Origin: Polyangiales bacterium
GTDB taxonomy: Bacteria > Myxococcota_A > Polyangia > Polyangiales > Polyangiaceae
Reading direction: 5' to 3'
Length of the DNA: 25,754 bases
Assembly (NCBI GenBank): GCA_038230375.1
Contig: JBBRNJ010000106.1
Span: forward strand, 1 to 25,754
Shown here: piece by piece, positions 24,534-25,754 of the stretch
How the letters are laid out: each line of letters starts with the position of its first letter
How positions within the stretch are numbered: the stretch's first letter is position 1
The notes under the pieces: generated by a model
Database searches by the model: none
What the model was told of the DNA's origin: nothing
Seen by the model: only the letters and a program-made list of their open reading frames with translations
Translations under genes and position numbers: made by a program

Positions 24534-25754
24534 CTACTTGCAGTTGTAGAGCGGGGCCAGCGGCGCGAAATTGTATCCGTCCCCAGGGGTCTGCACGTCC
24601 GCGTCCATGAGGGCCGCCTCCAGCGTGCTCTTGATCGTCACGAGCGTCTGATCGAGCTTCGCTGTGGCGCTGGCCTGCGCGACGCAGACGAACTTGGAGG
24701 ACCCGCAGAGCGCCAGTGTCTCGCACCCAGGTGTGCTCGGCCCCGCGGCGATGAGCGCAGCGTCACCGTAGAGCGGCGAACCGGACACCATCACCAGGCG
24801 AACGTCGGTCGGCTTCGCGTTGATGATCGCGTCGTAGGGAGCCTTCCTGTCGCCTGCGTAGACGGCAAGGTCGGCCAGCATCCCGGGCGCCAGCGAGCCG
24901 AGCACGTTGGACACGCCGAGCAGCTTTGCAGGCGTCACGCTCGCCATGCGGATCAGGTCCTTGCTGGACAGCGAAGCGCCCCAGTGTGCCTTGTCCCAGT
25001 CACGCGCGAACCGCAGCTCCTCCAGCATGTTCTGGCTTCCACCCATGGACCAGTCGGGCGCGAGCGCTATCTCCACACCCGCGGCGATCGCTTGCGGCAC
25101 GTTCGCAGTGGCGCCGTACAGCGACACGTTCGAGTGCGGCGACCACGTGAGGCGCATGCCAGCGGTGGCCATGGTCTGCCATTCGTTCGGACCGAACGCC
25201 ACGCCGTGTGTGACCGACGTCTGGCTCGCATACAGGCAGTTCGGGGTGGTGGATATGGTCCCGAGCTTCGTGAACTCGTCGAGCGACTTCTGGTCCACGC
25301 CCTCGCCGGCGTGCACGATGAACGCGGCGGTGTTGCCGTTCGCAAAGTTCGCGCACACGCCGTCTGGATTCGACGGCGGGAACGTGGCGCTCGTCTGCAC
25401 CTTGTCCATGCCGAGACCGTTCTGGGAGACGTCGATGCTGCGGGCGAGCGAGCCGAAGCACGGCGCACTGGTGCCGGGCAGCCCGACGATGCTCGTGGTT
25501 CCGGACACGATGCCCTTCAGCTCGCCCCACTTGTCGACCTCGCAGCGGAGGCTGCCGGCCGCGGTGCCGTACGTGGTCTGGGCGCACCACGTGGGCTTGC
25601 CTTGCGAGTCATTCACCAGGCACTGCTTCACGTCGAGCATGGCCTGGTATTTGAGCTCGGTCGTCCACTGATCGTGGTTCTGGTACTTCTGCGCGGGCAT
25701 CCAGTCGTCGTCGTCGAAGATGTCGAAGAGGATGTGGTTGTGCGTGTCGACCAG
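24534..25754 (-). CDS. Amidohydrolase superfamily metalloenzyme; 5' end beyond the window
   Basis: Frame is open from 25754: LVDTHNH (HxH), IVHAGEG, THGV, WSPHSN, APDW, GSLAPGMLADL. Confidence 0.87.
   Translation of the reverse strand: MVDTHNHILFDIFDDDDWMPAQKYQNHDQWTTELKYQAMLDVKQCLVNDSQGKPTWCAQTTYGTAAGSLRCEVDKWGELKGIVSGTTSIVGLPGTSAPCFGSLARSIDVSQNGLGMDKVQTSATFPPSNPDGVCANFANGNTAAFIVHAGEGVDQKSLDEFTKLGTISTTPNCLYASQTSVTHGVAFGPNEWQTMATAGMRLTWSPHSNVSLYGATANVPQAIAAGVEIALAPDWSMGGSQNMLEELRFARDWDKAHWGASLSSKDLIRMASVTPAKLLGVSNVLGSLAPGMLADLAVYAGDRKAPYDAIINAKPTDVRLVMVSGSPLYGDAALIAAGPSTPGCETLALCGSSKFVCVAQASATAKLDQTLVTIKSTLEAALMDADVQTPGDGYNFAPLAPLYNCK

Overview
GC-rich (roughly 70%), densely coding bacterial window, inferred to be myxobacterial (Polyangiales-like) from its kinase-STAND fusion and Gly/Ser/Cys-rich lipoproteins. 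It holds 24 credible CDSs, two of them cut by the window edges. In order: a Hanks-type pseudokinase fused to an nSTAND1-type NTPase (minus strand, missing from the ORF track because it runs off the left edge), three co-oriented lipoproteins upstream of it (one with three identically spaced 14-Cys repeats), a TfoX-family protein, a COMT-type O-methyltransferase, a beta-helix lipoprotein, an alpha/beta hydrolase, AraC and TetR regulators, a DUF1772 protein, a Gly-rich lipoprotein, a His-motif hypothetical, a UbiD decarboxylase, a transsulfuration PLP enzyme, an MhpA-like FAD monooxygenase, an HxxxDG acyltransferase, a SUKH-like protein, a lipoprotein SAM methyltransferase coupled to RNase HI, a secreted MORN-repeat protein, a GST, a PQQ-repeat protein and a partial amidohydrolase. 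No rRNA, tRNA, CRISPR array or mobile element was seen. The most notable signals are (1) a kinase with both catalytic Asp residues replaced by Asn, fused to an intact STAND NTPase, (2) a TAnnnT-N6/7-start-codon signature of leaderless transcription at eight genes, and (3) the triple 76-aa 14-Cys lipoprotein. All family calls come from motif recognition by eye, not database searches.
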